This document shows positions 11,379-24,132 of a stretch of 64,000 bases of DNA, in pieces. The notes under the pieces are model-generated. The model was not told where the DNA came from, searched no databases, and saw nothing but the letters and a program-made list of their open reading frames with translations. The translations under genes were made by a program, and so were the position numbers. The stretch comes from Oikopleura dioica. Taxonomy: Eukaryota > Animalia > Chordata. Position 1 is the stretch's first letter. Every line of letters begins with the position of its first letter. Where the stretch lies: contig OU015569.1 of the NCBI GenBank assembly GCA_907165135.1, forward strand, positions 1,240,001 to 1,304,000. The letters are read 5' to 3'.

Positions 11379-14300
11379 ATGCGTCTGCTGCCTGTGTGTT
11401 TCCTCACACTGGCGCAGGTTCGCTCACAAATTCCGAAATGCGAGCCGCCCGAGTTGCCAGAAGGGACTCGCATGGTCTGTCCAAGAGGTAGAAAGAATGG
11501 GGACAAGTGTACGACGTCTTGTGAACCAGGTTTCATAAAGGTATGATCTGATTGAATAGTATTTGGTGGAGAAAATCAATTTAGACTGGGCGAGACATCA
11601 CTATCACATGCAGATGCGTTCGTTTGAAAGCAGGAATCAAGTGCAAGTTCAACGAGCACCCGGCAGAGTGCATTCGAGAAGGACACGGCCAACTAGGTCG
11701 TGATGGACGAGTAATGGTGGCTCCAACTCGTCAGCCGGAAACAACTAAGGCTGGACGGCAAGTATTTTATCCTGGAGGGACGCCACCATCACCGCCAAAA
11801 CCAAAACCTGCAAAGCGCCCTAATAATGTTAATATCGGTGGCTTTGAAGCTCGTCAGCCTAGCACTATTGAAAGAAATGGAGTCTCATTCAACTCGAATA
11901 ATAAAGCCAACGTCGGTTCTTCATTACAGGTATAGACAGTAAACTTAGCACAGTAAGGTTTACCAAAGCTTCTAAGGCAACTCTCGCCCGTCAAATCGAG
12001 CTCCTTCAAGCTCAACAAGACCAGATCAACACGCTGATTAACAAACCACCGCCGGCAAAAGTTGGAATTCCGACGATTCCTTTCGGCGGTGGTTCCATTA
12101 CTGCTAATTTTGACAATGCTCAAGAGCAGCAGCAAAGTGTTGAGCGAGTCAATCTACTCGCTTGTGGAGATCCTTCGAAAATCGGCGTTTACTCGATCGT
12201 TGATAAGTGGGATACAGGATTGCTTTCAGAAAATTCGATAAAAAAAGTGATTAAGGACTGATAAAATTAAAAAAAAAATTTAAGCCGAAAAATGGTGTAC
12301 GCCCTTATCGAAAATTATCAGAATAAGAGTTCGTATTTTCTAAAGCGTAAAAAGGGTTTATGGCATCAGTAAACGTCGATCTGTCCATGATAAACGATGA
12401 TTGGAACGTAGCAGTAAGTTTTCCGGAAAAGATTTACCCTGGAAATGTGCAAGTTTGGAATGCACGATTTGTGAAACATTCTGACGATGGAAAAACTCTT
12501 CTTTTTTCGTCGAAATCGAGACATTCAAAAATGGGCCAACTCATTTAAAAAAAGTTTTAACTGTCAATCTTATTGACTTATTTGAATTTAAAGTTGACTC
12601 TTGAAAAGCTGAGGGACCGACGTTACCGAAATTCGGCTTCGTTATCTCTGATTTGCCTGTCTACTCGGCAAAGCCGCAGTCCGGAAGTGTCATCTACTAC
12701 GATAGGAAACTTCAAAGCTCCTGCGTCGATGGGGAGAACATTTGCAACGGTGCAATGCCAGTATCATCCAGTAGCCAAATGTTCGCTGCGGAAAGTTATG
12801 CTCGTACAACTGCACGTCCGACAACGACAACTCCTAAGCCCACGACAACGACGAAAAAAATGAGCCTGATGGAACTTCTTCAACAACGCAAGAAAATGAT
12901 GGAAGCGCCTCAAGAAGCAGAAGTTGAAGACGACTTCTTTGTAATTCCGACGAATAATCCAGTTTCTTATCAAAGTGAAAACATCGCTGTTGGCCCTCCG
13001 AGTTCAGGTGGAAATGATATCTGCGCCAACCAAATCATGGGAGAGTTTATCCGATTGAACAGTTGGTACACAGAAGAAACTGGAATGTCTGGAGTATCGG
13101 CCAAAATTGAGCTCACTGTTGGTCAACCACCAAGCCAAGATTTCGAAATAAACGTCCAGTTTACAGTGCCCGTGCACAACATAGAAGTCTGGACATTTCA
13201 GGCGATTCCTTCTGACAACCCTTCTCTTTGGCAATTCAAAAGAAGCCGGGATATTCCTACAACAGTAACATGGATTTCGACATCAACACGCTCTCGCCAA
13301 CGCCGAATCACGAGGACATTTCCGCAATTGTTGTCTATTGCGACGGCGCTGCTACTAACTTAGCGGCTATGTCTGTTATGGGCCAGGCAGGACTATCTGG
13401 GTCCACAGGCAGTCTTAGACCAAATGACAAGAGTCAATTATTTCAAATTCAAAACTCGGGTGGAAACTTCAATCATAGAGATCAACTATCTAAAGATCGA
13501 GATGTAAAACAGCTCATAGGAAAAATGCAAGGAGAACTTGAGAACGATATTATGAGCTATCCTTACTCACCAAGATGTACAGGCAGTATTCCAAGAGGCC
13601 TTCCTCCCATGGCACCAAGACAATCGAACATTCAGTGCGCTGAGAGTGATCCAGACTTATTCAAATACGATTTAAAGCGTGTGCTTTGCTTGTCAGGATA
13701 CTTTTACAAAGCGCAAAGAGTAGGCCCCACTGCTTCGAGAGATGTTCCTTGGAGAGGCATAGCTGGACTAAAACACGGCTGTGACATTCAGAAAGATCTC
13801 GTCGGTGGATGGTACGATGCCGGAGACAACGTTATCTTCACCTTTCCTCTTGCGTACACTATTACGATGCTCAGTTGGTCCGTCATCGAGTTCAAGGACG
13901 CGTTTGTAGCAGCTGGCGAGTATGAGAAGATACTTCGCGAGCTAAAATGGGGAACTGATTTCCTAATCAAGGCGCATATTTCTAAATTCGAGCTTGTCGG
14001 ACTCGTCGGTGACCCTCATTTGGACCATAAGAAATGGATGCGCCCAGAAGATCCAACATCGCCAAAAACACCAACTTTTATAATTGACGCTGAAAACCCT
14101 GGATCTGAATTAGCCGCAGAAGCAAGTGCAGCACTTGCAGCAGCGCATCTTGTTTTCCGTTGGGCGGAGCAAGAAGATTACGCTGATTTGTGCTTGCAAC
14201 ATGCTCTGGAGTTGTTTGAATTTGCGGATACATATCGGGGCAGCTATCATGACTCCATTCCTAAGGTATTGCTTTGTTTTACTAACTAAATGTATAAATT

Positions 14301-15114
14301 TCAAGGTTTACGACTTCTACAGAAGCTGGGAGGGCTATGAAGATGAGCTCGCATGGGCGGCGATCTGGCTATTCGGCGCTACCTCCGATAACGTCATGCT
14401 AACAGCTTCGATGGCCTTCTACAAAAAATCAGGCCAGTTGAACAGAAAACCAATCGACTGGGACAACAAATGGCCAGGTGTCCGTTTGCTTTTGGCCAGA
14501 CTGACGAAGGACGAAGAGCTTGCGCGCGAATCTCTCAGTAGACTTCGGAAGACAATTTCTTCAGCTAAATACACCCCAAAAGGGTTGATCTTCATCAATG
14601 AGTGGGGACCTCTTAGACACGCAGCAAATCATGCTTTTCTGGCCTTTGTTTCAACGAAACTCGACCTCGACAATTCAGACGATCTTCTTGACTTCGCAAA
14701 GAAGCAAATGTTCTACATCTATGGCGAGGGCGGAAGAAGCTACATAGTCGGCTTTGGAAAGAACTATCCGACAAAACCTCATCACAGGTGAATTATTTTA
14801 TCGAGTGATTTATAACGCAATTTTTCAGATCTTCTAGCTGCCCTGTTTCGCCGCAAGAGTGCGGCTGGGATGTTGCCGACGACAAAATGAGCCCGAATCC
14901 ATGGATACTTTTTGGGGCGCTTGTTGGAGGACCTGATCGCTTTGACTCCTTCATAAACGACAGGAAAAATCATCAACAAAGCGAAGTCACGCTGGGTAAG
15001 ACCGATAAAATTTCACATGCGCAACGATAAACTTTAGATTACAATGCGGCTCTTGTCGGAGGAACGGCCGGCCTTCTCTACTACATCGATCTCAACTACC
15101 TAACTGGAGTATAA
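11379..15114 (+). CDS. Secreted modular GH9 endoglucanase: signal peptide, Sushi-like domain, two CBM2-like modules, Pro/Thr linker, GH9
   Basis: GH9 motifs DLVGGWYDAGDN, KWGTDFLIK, YEDELAWAAIWL, PHHRSSSC, GALVGGPD and SEVTLDYNAA, with catalytic Asp/Asp and Glu present. Upstream KWDTG|FMASVNV..DWNVAVSF..VQVWNA..FGF has CBM2-like Trp spacing. One apparent -1 frameshift at AAAA 13238-13241. Confidence 0.92.
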
Positions 15115-15302
15115 ATTCTTTCTCGATAATAAAACATCACAACTGAACAACTCAATGCCTGCCTGCATAAAATATAGACTTGGGACGTATTTTTGATGGC
15201 TCTTGTTTGTAGTGAAAGAGGCAGTTCGTGATGTGGAATGGAAATAAGTGACCGATATATACATGTGAGAAAAATAGTGAGTTACAGAGTCGAGATGCTT
15301 TT

Positions 15303-16760
15303 TTACTGCGTGTCGCTTGCAGTCGATGAAAGTTGACGACGTTTTTCCGCCATCATTTCTTTCATCTTTCTGCGTCTCTCCTCTGCAGCCTAGAAAATTA
15401 AGTTAGTTCTTGCACGCTTTAGTGCTTTAGAAATTTACCTTTTTCACTGCAAGAGCTTTTTCTTTTTGCTCTGCTTTCTTTTTCGCGGCGAGAGCGGCCT
15501 AGAAGAACATAAGTTTAGTTGGAAAAAAGATGTGTTACCTTTTCTGGGTCCTTTTCCGACTCTCTTCGACCTAAATGGTCGATGGGCTTGACCCGTGGCT
15601 TGGCTGGCGACTGGCCGATGTTGGGCTTGGGCATGGAGTCTTTTTCTGTCTCCGGGAAGTTGAGCTTTGACGCGCGGAGAAGCCAGTTCGACTTGGCGCT
15701 CCAGTCGGTAACGACTGGGCCGATCTGTGCTTCCCAGTACGACTATAAAGAGTTGTTATCCAAGGAGAAAGCGAAGAAAAATATTACCTTGAGATCGTCT
15801 TCCGTGGCAATGCCTAAACCACCTTCGACATCTTCCGGCTTCTCAATCATGATTCTGAATTTGTGAAGCCGCGATTTTCGCCCAGCAAGTAGCTCGCCCT
15901 CTGCGACAACGACACGAAGCTGCTCTTCCCAGAAAGGGCTGAATAAAACTCGTTACTTCATGCGCTAAAAACATTTCCACTTACGCAATGTTAGAACTGT
16001 TTATTTCCTTGAGCTTATTGAGTGCAGTTTCTATCATCATTTTCTGGTCGCATTGGTACTCGCGCCAATATTTTAGATTCAGCTCTAAAATGTATTATTA
16101 TTCGGGGAAAATGCAAATTTGAGACTCACTCTTTTCCAAATCGCTTTGATTATCCTCGATGATGACTTTTTCTAGCGATCGGCGTATCGGAGTGAGCCCA
16201 GACGGCACAGGAACAGCCGAATCGCTCTTTTTCTCATCGCTCTTTTTATCTGCGGCTTGGGCAGCTCCAGGCTCGTCTTGGCCTTCTCAGTCGCTGGTGG
16301 CAGGGAAGCGCGTTTGCTATCCGTCTGCGGCAGGGAGGATCGCTTCTTCCTCGGCTCTGCATTTTCTTTGTTCGCCTCTGTGCTGCGCGGCGAAGTCGCT
16401 GGGCTCTGGACTTTCTTTCCATTCGCCTTGGCGACCTTCCTGTCCAGCTCTAGGCCTTTCATCAGATTGGGCGCGCTGACTGCATTCTTCGTCATGCTGC
16501 GAGTAACGGGCCCCTTCTCGCGAAAGGTCGGAATTCCCGGTGCCTTTCCAGCTGGCTTCCAAGCGGGGCGCAAAGCTGAAATAATAATTGTAGAAAGCGC
16601 GTTCTAGAAGCATTCAGTGCTTACCTAGGTCTTCCTTGCGTTTTTGCTCCTTCGCTTTTTTGAACTGGTCAAGTTTTAACCTTCTCGCCGCTTTCTGCGC
16701 CTCCTTCTCTTCCCCGTTCTTCGCCGACTGCGCGCTCAACGCTCCGCGATTCGATGACAT
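15303..16760 (-). CDS. DLGAP5: DLGAP5/HURP/Mars-like spindle protein (GKAP domain)
   Basis: N-terminal LKLDQFKKAKEQKRKEDL and C-terminal LRVVVAEGELLAGRKSRLHKFRIMIEK..TEDDLK|SYWEAQI resemble the GKAP/HURP motif (VGQxxLL..KFxQF..TxxDLxGFW). Short GT-AG introns. Confidence 0.7.
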
Positions 16761-17046
16761 CACTAAACAATCAAATATTACGAATTTTTCTCGGATTTAC
16801 TGTCACGAAAGTAGGAATGAATCACATTTTCATATTTGAGCCGAAATTCGTTAGTAAATCAATATTTTAAAAAATCTATTTTAATCGCCTATAAAAATAA
16901 GTTTCCAAATCGAATTATAAAACCTACTGTAGTGCTACTGTTTATCTTCGTAAAGGAATTTCTTATTTTCTCAGAGTAAATATAAAAAAGCGTCGCGCGC
17001 GAGTTCCGTTCTTTTCAATTTATGCGTTTTTCGGGGCAGCGATTCC

Positions 17047-17104
17047 GATTGGATGAAGCGAGCGCGCCCACGCTCAGACTCGCTACTTTCGCTTTCGCGC
17101 CAAA
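17047..17104 (-). promoter_or_regulatory. E2F site plus CCAAT box upstream of the DLGAP5-like gene
   Basis: TTTCGCGCCAAA at 17093-17104 (DHFR-type E2F site) and GATTGG at 17047-17052, about 300 bp upstream of the ATG of a mitotic gene. Confidence 0.45.
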
Positions 17105-20100
17105 AGACGAATTTTTCTCAGAATGGAAACTTCTCACTCCCATAAAAAGATTTCACAGATATTATCCGAATTTTTTAATAAATTAATCTTAAATAGTCTT
17201 GCATTCGATAAAAATACTAGTTATTATTAATAAGAGTCGTTACATACAAGCTAAACTTCTACAAATCAAGCTACGTTTTCATATCAGAAATAGGGAGTGG
17301 CCCTAAAACTCCAACCCCAACTCAACTCGAAAGAAAAAAAAATCAAAAAGCTGCTTACCTCAGAATGCAATATCTCGCAACTGAAGCGCTTTCGTCACTT
17401 TCGGTTTGTCGTGTTTTGCAAAACGCGCCCCTTGCGAGAAATCGTCTGATAGAATCAGCGTTTTTCGTGGAAAAAGCAATTCGTTTTTCAGTTGGGGACG
17501 CTCTGCAAAGCCGTAATTTTCTATTTATAAGTTGAAAATGGCGTTCTTTTTGAGGACAGAAGAATCGAAGAAGAAGCTCTTCAATGAATTACATCTAATG
17601 ATGCTGATAAGGAAACTCCTTCGACTACGATGTAGTTCATAAAATTGTTCTGGATATTATTATTCGTATTTTCTTCCTTGATCTTAGACTCTACATGTGT
17701 AAGAGCTCCATTTACTCACCTCTACAACACCATTCCTAAGTAGTAGGCTCTTTATCGAAGCCGGCAAAAGACCAGCAAAGCAGAAAATACGGTTTTCATG
17801 GCGGAAAAAGACACTTTTGATTTATCAAAAGCCATCGTTTCACATTTAGCGCGGTCTCTTCCTTGATTTCAGAGGCTACTGTGATTTCAACAGACACTTT
17901 TCGACATTCGAAGGCTTCTTTCTTTCTTTTCGAAATATAGAGAACTGAAATTCTAGTAGTGTTTTTTCTAAATTCTGAAACAGAAGCCGCCTGAATTAAA
18001 TTTAACCTCAATAACTGCCGAGCTAGAGGAAGCATAAATAGCGGTAATGGCAGAAAATTCCGGGGTTAAAATTGAATATCCGTTTTGGGAATTCCAATTT
18101 GTATTAAATCATTTTTGTCGCTTATCACATTATACAGCGAGATAATGAGTTCTGTATTGCCCAGTTGAGTCGTTATTTTTTTTGTCGTAGCTTCAGCTCA
18201 AGCCAAGAGCCCGGTGGTGTAGTGGCCAGGGACTTGGCCTGTGTGGTGAAGAAAAAGAGCGCAAAAATGAAAGAAATGAGAAAAATCGCTGGCGGCGCTT
18301 TATGATTCGAAATATGGAGCTTTTACTCTCTTTCTACTACCGACTACTGCTCCAACTCTCGAATCCAGAATCTGTTTCCCTCATTTTCTTGGCTAGCAAT
18401 TGACATTCAAATGATAATCAAACGCTGATGACTACAAATAAAGACAAAAGACCGCCGACGTCTTGGTACTACTAGGAAATCCTTACAAATAGTAATTTTA
18501 CTAGTTCTATTCCGAAAAAGAAGAAGCTGGAGCAGCTGAGCAAAAAGAAAGAAACTGGCGTGCGTAGTTTTGAAACTGGGCCAACAATGGCCGCCTCGCC
18601 TGTATTGATCATCCTTTTTTCGACATCGATCTTTGTCGCCCTTGATCACCACCAAAATTTAATTTTTACAAGCAAAGTGACATTTAATACATTTCCATTT
18701 GTTTAAATACTATTTTCTGAATTAAAAAAGGAGAGAGCGCAGCTTCGTCAAAACTTATTATCACTTACGAGAATTTCAATCAATGGATGACTTTTGAATA
18801 TAGTTAAAAGAGGTATTTAGAAAGATAGTATTTTTAGAAGATGAGTGTTTTGGCAAGGTGAGAGGCTTTTATTTGAAATTAGAGTCTTTCAAAGAGAGAA
18901 AAACTTATTTTTTTATTTTGTATTTTGCGCTAAGAGTGTGTGCTCCCGAGCGCTCCGTTCTGAGATTCCGGTCGAGAAGTGGATGAATTGCTGCTCATCC
19001 CTTTTTTTTGCCGTTTGATATGGCGCCCAGGCAAGTCGTTGGAGCGTGGCCAGCGGGAGGCCGAGATGCGGTCTAGTACCCCCAGCGACCAATCAGCGCC
19101 CAGTGTCGGGCGTTGCGTCGGCGGCAAGTTACTGGACCCACTCGTAGTAGAATGTGCGTACTCAGCCTAAGGCTCACAATTTGTTATTTTTGATAATTAG
19201 TGATTTTTGAGAATACGAACAGAGATTACACTGAACAGATTACACTAACCGCACCTTCAAATTTCAAATAAGGAAACTGGAAACGAACTAAACTGTAAGT
19301 AGCTACTTCCTTCCGCTTGCTCAGCCCAGGGGATGATCACCAAGAGGGATCACACTTTTTTCTAGCGCTTTTTCGAGCTCTTTCTTTTGAAAATCAAAAT
19401 ACGACAAGAAAAAATAATGAAATTTACAGCACAAGAATACGCTCCAATTTTTATTTTTAATAAATTCAAAAACAAATAAGCACTTTTTTATTTGAAAGTT
19501 GAAGTTGATCTGTAGTAGAGTTCTTGTTTTTTAGTTGATTTTCTGAGGTATTTGGCTGGGTTTTAAACTTGTAGAAAAAACGAAAGAACAAAACAAAATC
19601 AATGCGAGATCGATGTTAGTGTGCTTTTGCGTCAAGAAGCTCAAGCTGGGAATGGTTTTTCATTTTCGCATGGAAGGTGCCACCGGTTGGGGAAGTTGGC
19701 ACTGAGGCGCGGTGAGAAGCTTCTGAGGGATTGGGGAGGGCTTGTGCAACTGCTGATTAGTTGATGATAACGAGTCCACAAATCTAGAACACAAATCTAA
19801 ACAGTGCTGAGTTATTAGGTGCGAAGCTCCTCTCTGAAGTCACAGGACGACGTGCTCGACTCTATTCGATTTCAGAGAGACAAGCCATGTCTACGATCAG
19901 AGACTAAGCCAATCCTTACTACCAAGTTTCGACGAGGACCAAGTTAGTGATCATCACAATATCCAACTACCTACTTTAACTTGGTTGAAAAAAAACTTGT
20001 TTTTGCGCAAACTAAAAAGAGTATTTATCAAAAAGAGTAAGTTTCGATTTGTGGTGCTGGCGAGGAGCAAATGAATAATGGAAAGGGGCGAAATCGAAGA

Positions 20101-20358
20101 AATGAACAAATCGAGTGCTAGCGATAGTCATAAAGCCTTTTATGATCTGATTCGTGCCATGCACAAACGCTTCCCAGTATTAAGCGCCCGCCAGCCCAAA
20201 GAGAGATATTTCCCGCCGAACTCCAGCAATTTAACTTTTTTTTTCATTTCTTATCGAAATTCCTCTAAAAAGAGAGAACTCGCGTGAAATTAAGTTTATT
20301 TTTTTTCGAACTTTTTTTTTCTAAATTTCCTTCGATTTAGTATTCTTGTCATTAGAGC

Positions 20359-20597
20359 CTGGGCTCGGCAACCTGTGTAGAAAGCCTGAGTCAGGGTCCG
20401 AAAAAGCTGAAATTAAAAGCCGCGCAGCGGCTTTTAAAACGAAGCCGCGAAGCGGCTTCCTAATACTACCATTACAATCTTTCAAAAATTTTGGCGAAGC
20501 CGCTTCGCGGCTTCGTTTTTAAAAGCCGCTGCGCGGCTTTTAATTTCAGCTCTTTCAGACCCTGACTCAGGCTTTCTACACAGGTTGCCGAGCCCAG
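20359..20597. mobile_element. Foldback hAT-like MITE B (239 bp), intergenic
   Basis: About 101-bp inverted arms starting CTGGGCTCGGCAACC (2 substitutions, 1 indel) with a spacer of about 36 bp. 8-bp TSD ATTAGAGC at 20351-20358 and 20598-20605. Confidence 0.95.
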
Positions 20598-21276
20598 ATT
20601 AGAGCGCCAGTGGAAAAAATGACGCTTTTTGGTCGACCCCGCGCGCATGGGTTAAAAAACGAAACTAAGCATAGAACCGTTTTGGGAAGTGTTAAAAGGT
20701 TTTACCATCATATTTCAATTGTTGAGCAACACTGTGCGCGAGTGATTAGGTTTTCGAACAAAGGCGCAGCTCTATTGATTATTTATCACTTTCGAATCGT
20801 CAAAAAAGATTCTGCCCAACGAAAAATCATCTTTTGCGAACTTTTCCATCAGAGAGTTTTGAGGAAAGAGAGCGCGCTCGCCCTAGAACTCGACGGAAAA
20901 TTAAACTGATTGTTTCTATCGCGCCTTGAAAAAGAGCGTTTACTTTTGATCGAGTAAACGCGCTTTGGGTGCTGTCAAAGGAAAGCATAAAAATGTGATT
21001 TGCCCTGTGACGTTTTCGCGATTTTGGAACGCTGCGATTTTGAACTGAGCGTTACTATCGAAAGATTTTCGGAAAAAATATTGTCACTTTTCAGTCGCCA
21101 AATGATGGCTCTTTTGCGGCGCTTTTACGATCGTGAATATAAATCGCCAATTTATAATAAATTACTTCCGCTTGAAAGTGGGTGTTTCGACCAGATTCGT
21201 GAGATTTCGCACTTTCGGGCTTGAATTTTCAAAAAGGTTGAAATTTTTTTCTTTTTCTATTGTGATTTTCGGATAA

Positions 21277-21386
21277 TTTTTTGCAAAATTTTTTGGAAAA
21301 TTTTTGGAAATTTTTTTGGAAAATTTTTTGGAAATTTTTTTGGAAATTTTTTGGAAAATTTTTGGAAAAATTTTTGAAAATTTTTA
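21277..21386. repeat. Low-complexity tandem repeat (T5-7 GG A3-5)n, about 9 units
   Basis: Directly visible ttttttggaaaa repeats. Confidence 0.9.
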
Positions 21387-21945
21387 GGGGAGGGGAATTT
21401 TTACGTCGGATTTTGTTGAGTTGTAAATGACTAGCTAAAATGTTGAATTGTGTGATGGCCAGCGGCGCGTGTTGCCTCGCGGCGGAAAGCATTAAGGGTG
21501 TAGTAGATTTTTCGGTCGTTGGGGAAATCACACATTTGGAATTCAGTGTTTGCCATAATATGGGAATAAGTGTAAATTCAACATCATTGGGCCGATAGCA
21601 GATCAAACAAGAGATTTGGATTATTCTAAAACGGCGTCCTAACAACTTCTATTTATACAATCACGCCGTCTTTTATCAAGAGAGAACACTAGAATCGCAA
21701 AAGTTCGCCTCGAACTTTTTCAGAGAATAGACAAATAGACAGGAACGATAGTATTGATCACGTGGCGATTTCATTGATCTAAAGCAGCGTATTACTTTCT
21801 CCTCACTGTCTCAAACGATTAATTCTGCCAGCTTCTTTTTTCACTCAGATTTGTAATTGAGCTTTAATTTCGGGAAGAAGCTCTCTTTTTGAGATTTCGA
21901 ATGGAAAAACTAAGTTTTTCGATATCAATTGAAAAGTTTGGACTG

Positions 21946-22050
21946 AACCAATTTATGGAAGTGAATTTTTGGATTACCAATAAGATTGCTGTATTTGGCC
22001 TACCGGCCAATCAAAACCCTGATCCAGAAAATCACTTCCATAAATTGGTT
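21946..22050. repeat. 105-bp inverted-repeat element (29-bp arms, 2 mismatches)
   Basis: AACCAATTTATGGAAGTGAATTTTTGGAT (21946-21974) versus ATCCAGAAAATCACTTCCATAAATTGGTT (22022-22050). No TSD recognised. Confidence 0.8.
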
Positions 22051-24132
22051 TAACCCAAAAATTAAGGGATACAGAAGAAGATCATTTTAGACAATAAATT
22101 GAGAAAAATCGCTGTTGACACCCTTAAGCGAACTGTCAATTAGGATGATTGTAAGTGGTACCAGTTGCAATAGAGTATTCCCTTCCCTGTAGTTGTTGTT
22201 TTAACCTCGTGTGGGAGTCGGTAGTGAGGATACACTAAAATTGTCATTTTAGTGATTTGATGTTGCTCGTGATTGTCTTTTGTGTAGTCGAGTGGCCGAC
22301 TGGGCAAACACGTTTGCGCCCGGGCTCCTGCTTCAATCGCTCGTTTATCCATCTTTTGACAGACCAAACAGCCACTTTCCCCTTTCATCCAAGCTTCTAG
22401 ACCTCGTCCCAATCACCTAGCTACACGTGACTCTTCTCGTCCCCTTATTTTCGAGCTTCAGAAGGGTTTGAACTTGCGCGAGTTCAATTCCTTGCAAAGG
22501 TCATCCAAGGTCACTACTCGTAATCAAAATCAAAAAACATCAGCCAAGCATCATCATTTATCACCTCGCATTCATGATAAACCATGGTCGAGCGCTGGTA
22601 GCAGCTTCTTGATTTGCCAGTTGAATATTGCGGCGATAGAATTGTAAAAAAAAGGGATGAACGGTGCGAGTCGGCGCACAACGGACAGGGAGGGAGAGAC
22701 AACGCGGTGTGGTAGTTTTTTCTGATTTCAACAGCCGCGCCTGCTTTTTTTTCCGTCATCCCTCTTTTTTTATTTACCAATTTAAAATTACTACAATGAT
22801 TTTGATTACAACGATTACCCATTATTTTAATTTGGAATTGCGCTTTTATTTAATTTTACAAAACAAGAAAAGTTAATTGTTAAAAGTCCGTTTATAGAAG
22901 GATTTATAACTTTGATTCTTTACCAATTTATTGCCTCCACTTCTGAGTTATAACTTATAACTTCTGAATAAGCGGTTATAAAATTTTTATAACGAATCTG
23001 GACAGATCGCACGTTCCGTGATTTCACATGACTGTAAAAAGTAACACACCTCGTGAGAATACAAACCTCGCCAAGCTCGAGCTCGTGGCGCTCTCTCTTT
23101 TCTGCGATTTTCCTCTATCTGTTAATTTTCCTATAATCGACTAAATATATTCTTCTTGACTTTCTAAAATAGGAATTTTGCGAATAAGGAAGTTTTCCGG
23201 AAGTGCACAGCGCGATTCCCATTTATGCGCGGCTGTTTTACTGTCGGCCAGACTGATTTAAACGTAACTGATAAGAAGAACTGGGAAAATGCGTTGTTGT
23301 GAGCACGCACCATTAAAACATGGTGTTTCGAGACGTCTTGGATAAATTATTTTTCACTTCCTCTTTTTTCCGCGAAACTGTCTTTTTCTTAAACATGATC
23401 AGATGATCACATGTACAGCTTGTGATCAGTCTGCCAGACAGCTATTGTCTCGTACAGTTCTACTCTTCTTTAAATTATGCAAATGACGATGTCATTGAGT
23501 AGTACTAATCATCGATTCGAGAATCGAATCAATGAGTTCTTTATCAAGTTTATCAAAATTGAAAATGAATGAAAGGGAGCGAGTCTGGCCTTGTTAGCTT
23601 CCTTAGGAAAGGCAAGGAGCTTCATTAATCAAGGAACATTAATCAAGGACTACCATAAATGCGAGAGTCGCGGATTGTTGGTGGTGGTGCTTGTAAAAGA
23701 TTAGACAGAGTTATGAAAGGAATGAAAAAGTGTGCGCTCGCGCAAAAGTCATTTTTCAGCTCGGGAGAGAGGGAGAGAGAGCCGAGATTACCACACTGCT
23801 TGAGTGAGTGAGATGAGCTCGGGAGCGCGACGCTTGCCCGGGGTAGTAGCGACTGGCGCTGCTTTTTGAAGGGGTACTCGATGAGGTAGCAAGCCATAAG
23901 TCTAGTGACTTATAGTTTGCGCCCTGATCGCACCAAAAATAAAGATAGAATTAAATACCACTCAGAGATTACACTGGCGAAACGCAAATTTGAAATTTCG
24001 GAAGACAGAAAATTAAATTATTTTTACGATTTTGATTTTGACACGAGCTGGGAAGAGTTATTCATGAAAAACACTTTTGAAAGATAAAAGAAAGAGAGCT
24101 AATTAACGAGAGAATTGTGTTCAGAAGCAGAA

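Noticed and set aside
11379-15114. Bacterial contamination or recent HGT of the cellulase
   Set aside because: The gene has spliceosomal introns in the host style, and GH9 is ancient in animals. The origin of the CBM-like modules remains open.
17590-18035. Small gene with a mitochondrial-like leader
   Set aside because: AT-rich, with frames that break without consistent splice sites.
18209-18312. tRNA gene (A-box-like TGGTGTAGTGG)
   Set aside because: No proper B box at tRNA spacing and no cloverleaf.
21229-21645. 138-aa ORF on the minus strand
   Set aside because: It is a by-product of the low-complexity T/G/A repeat.
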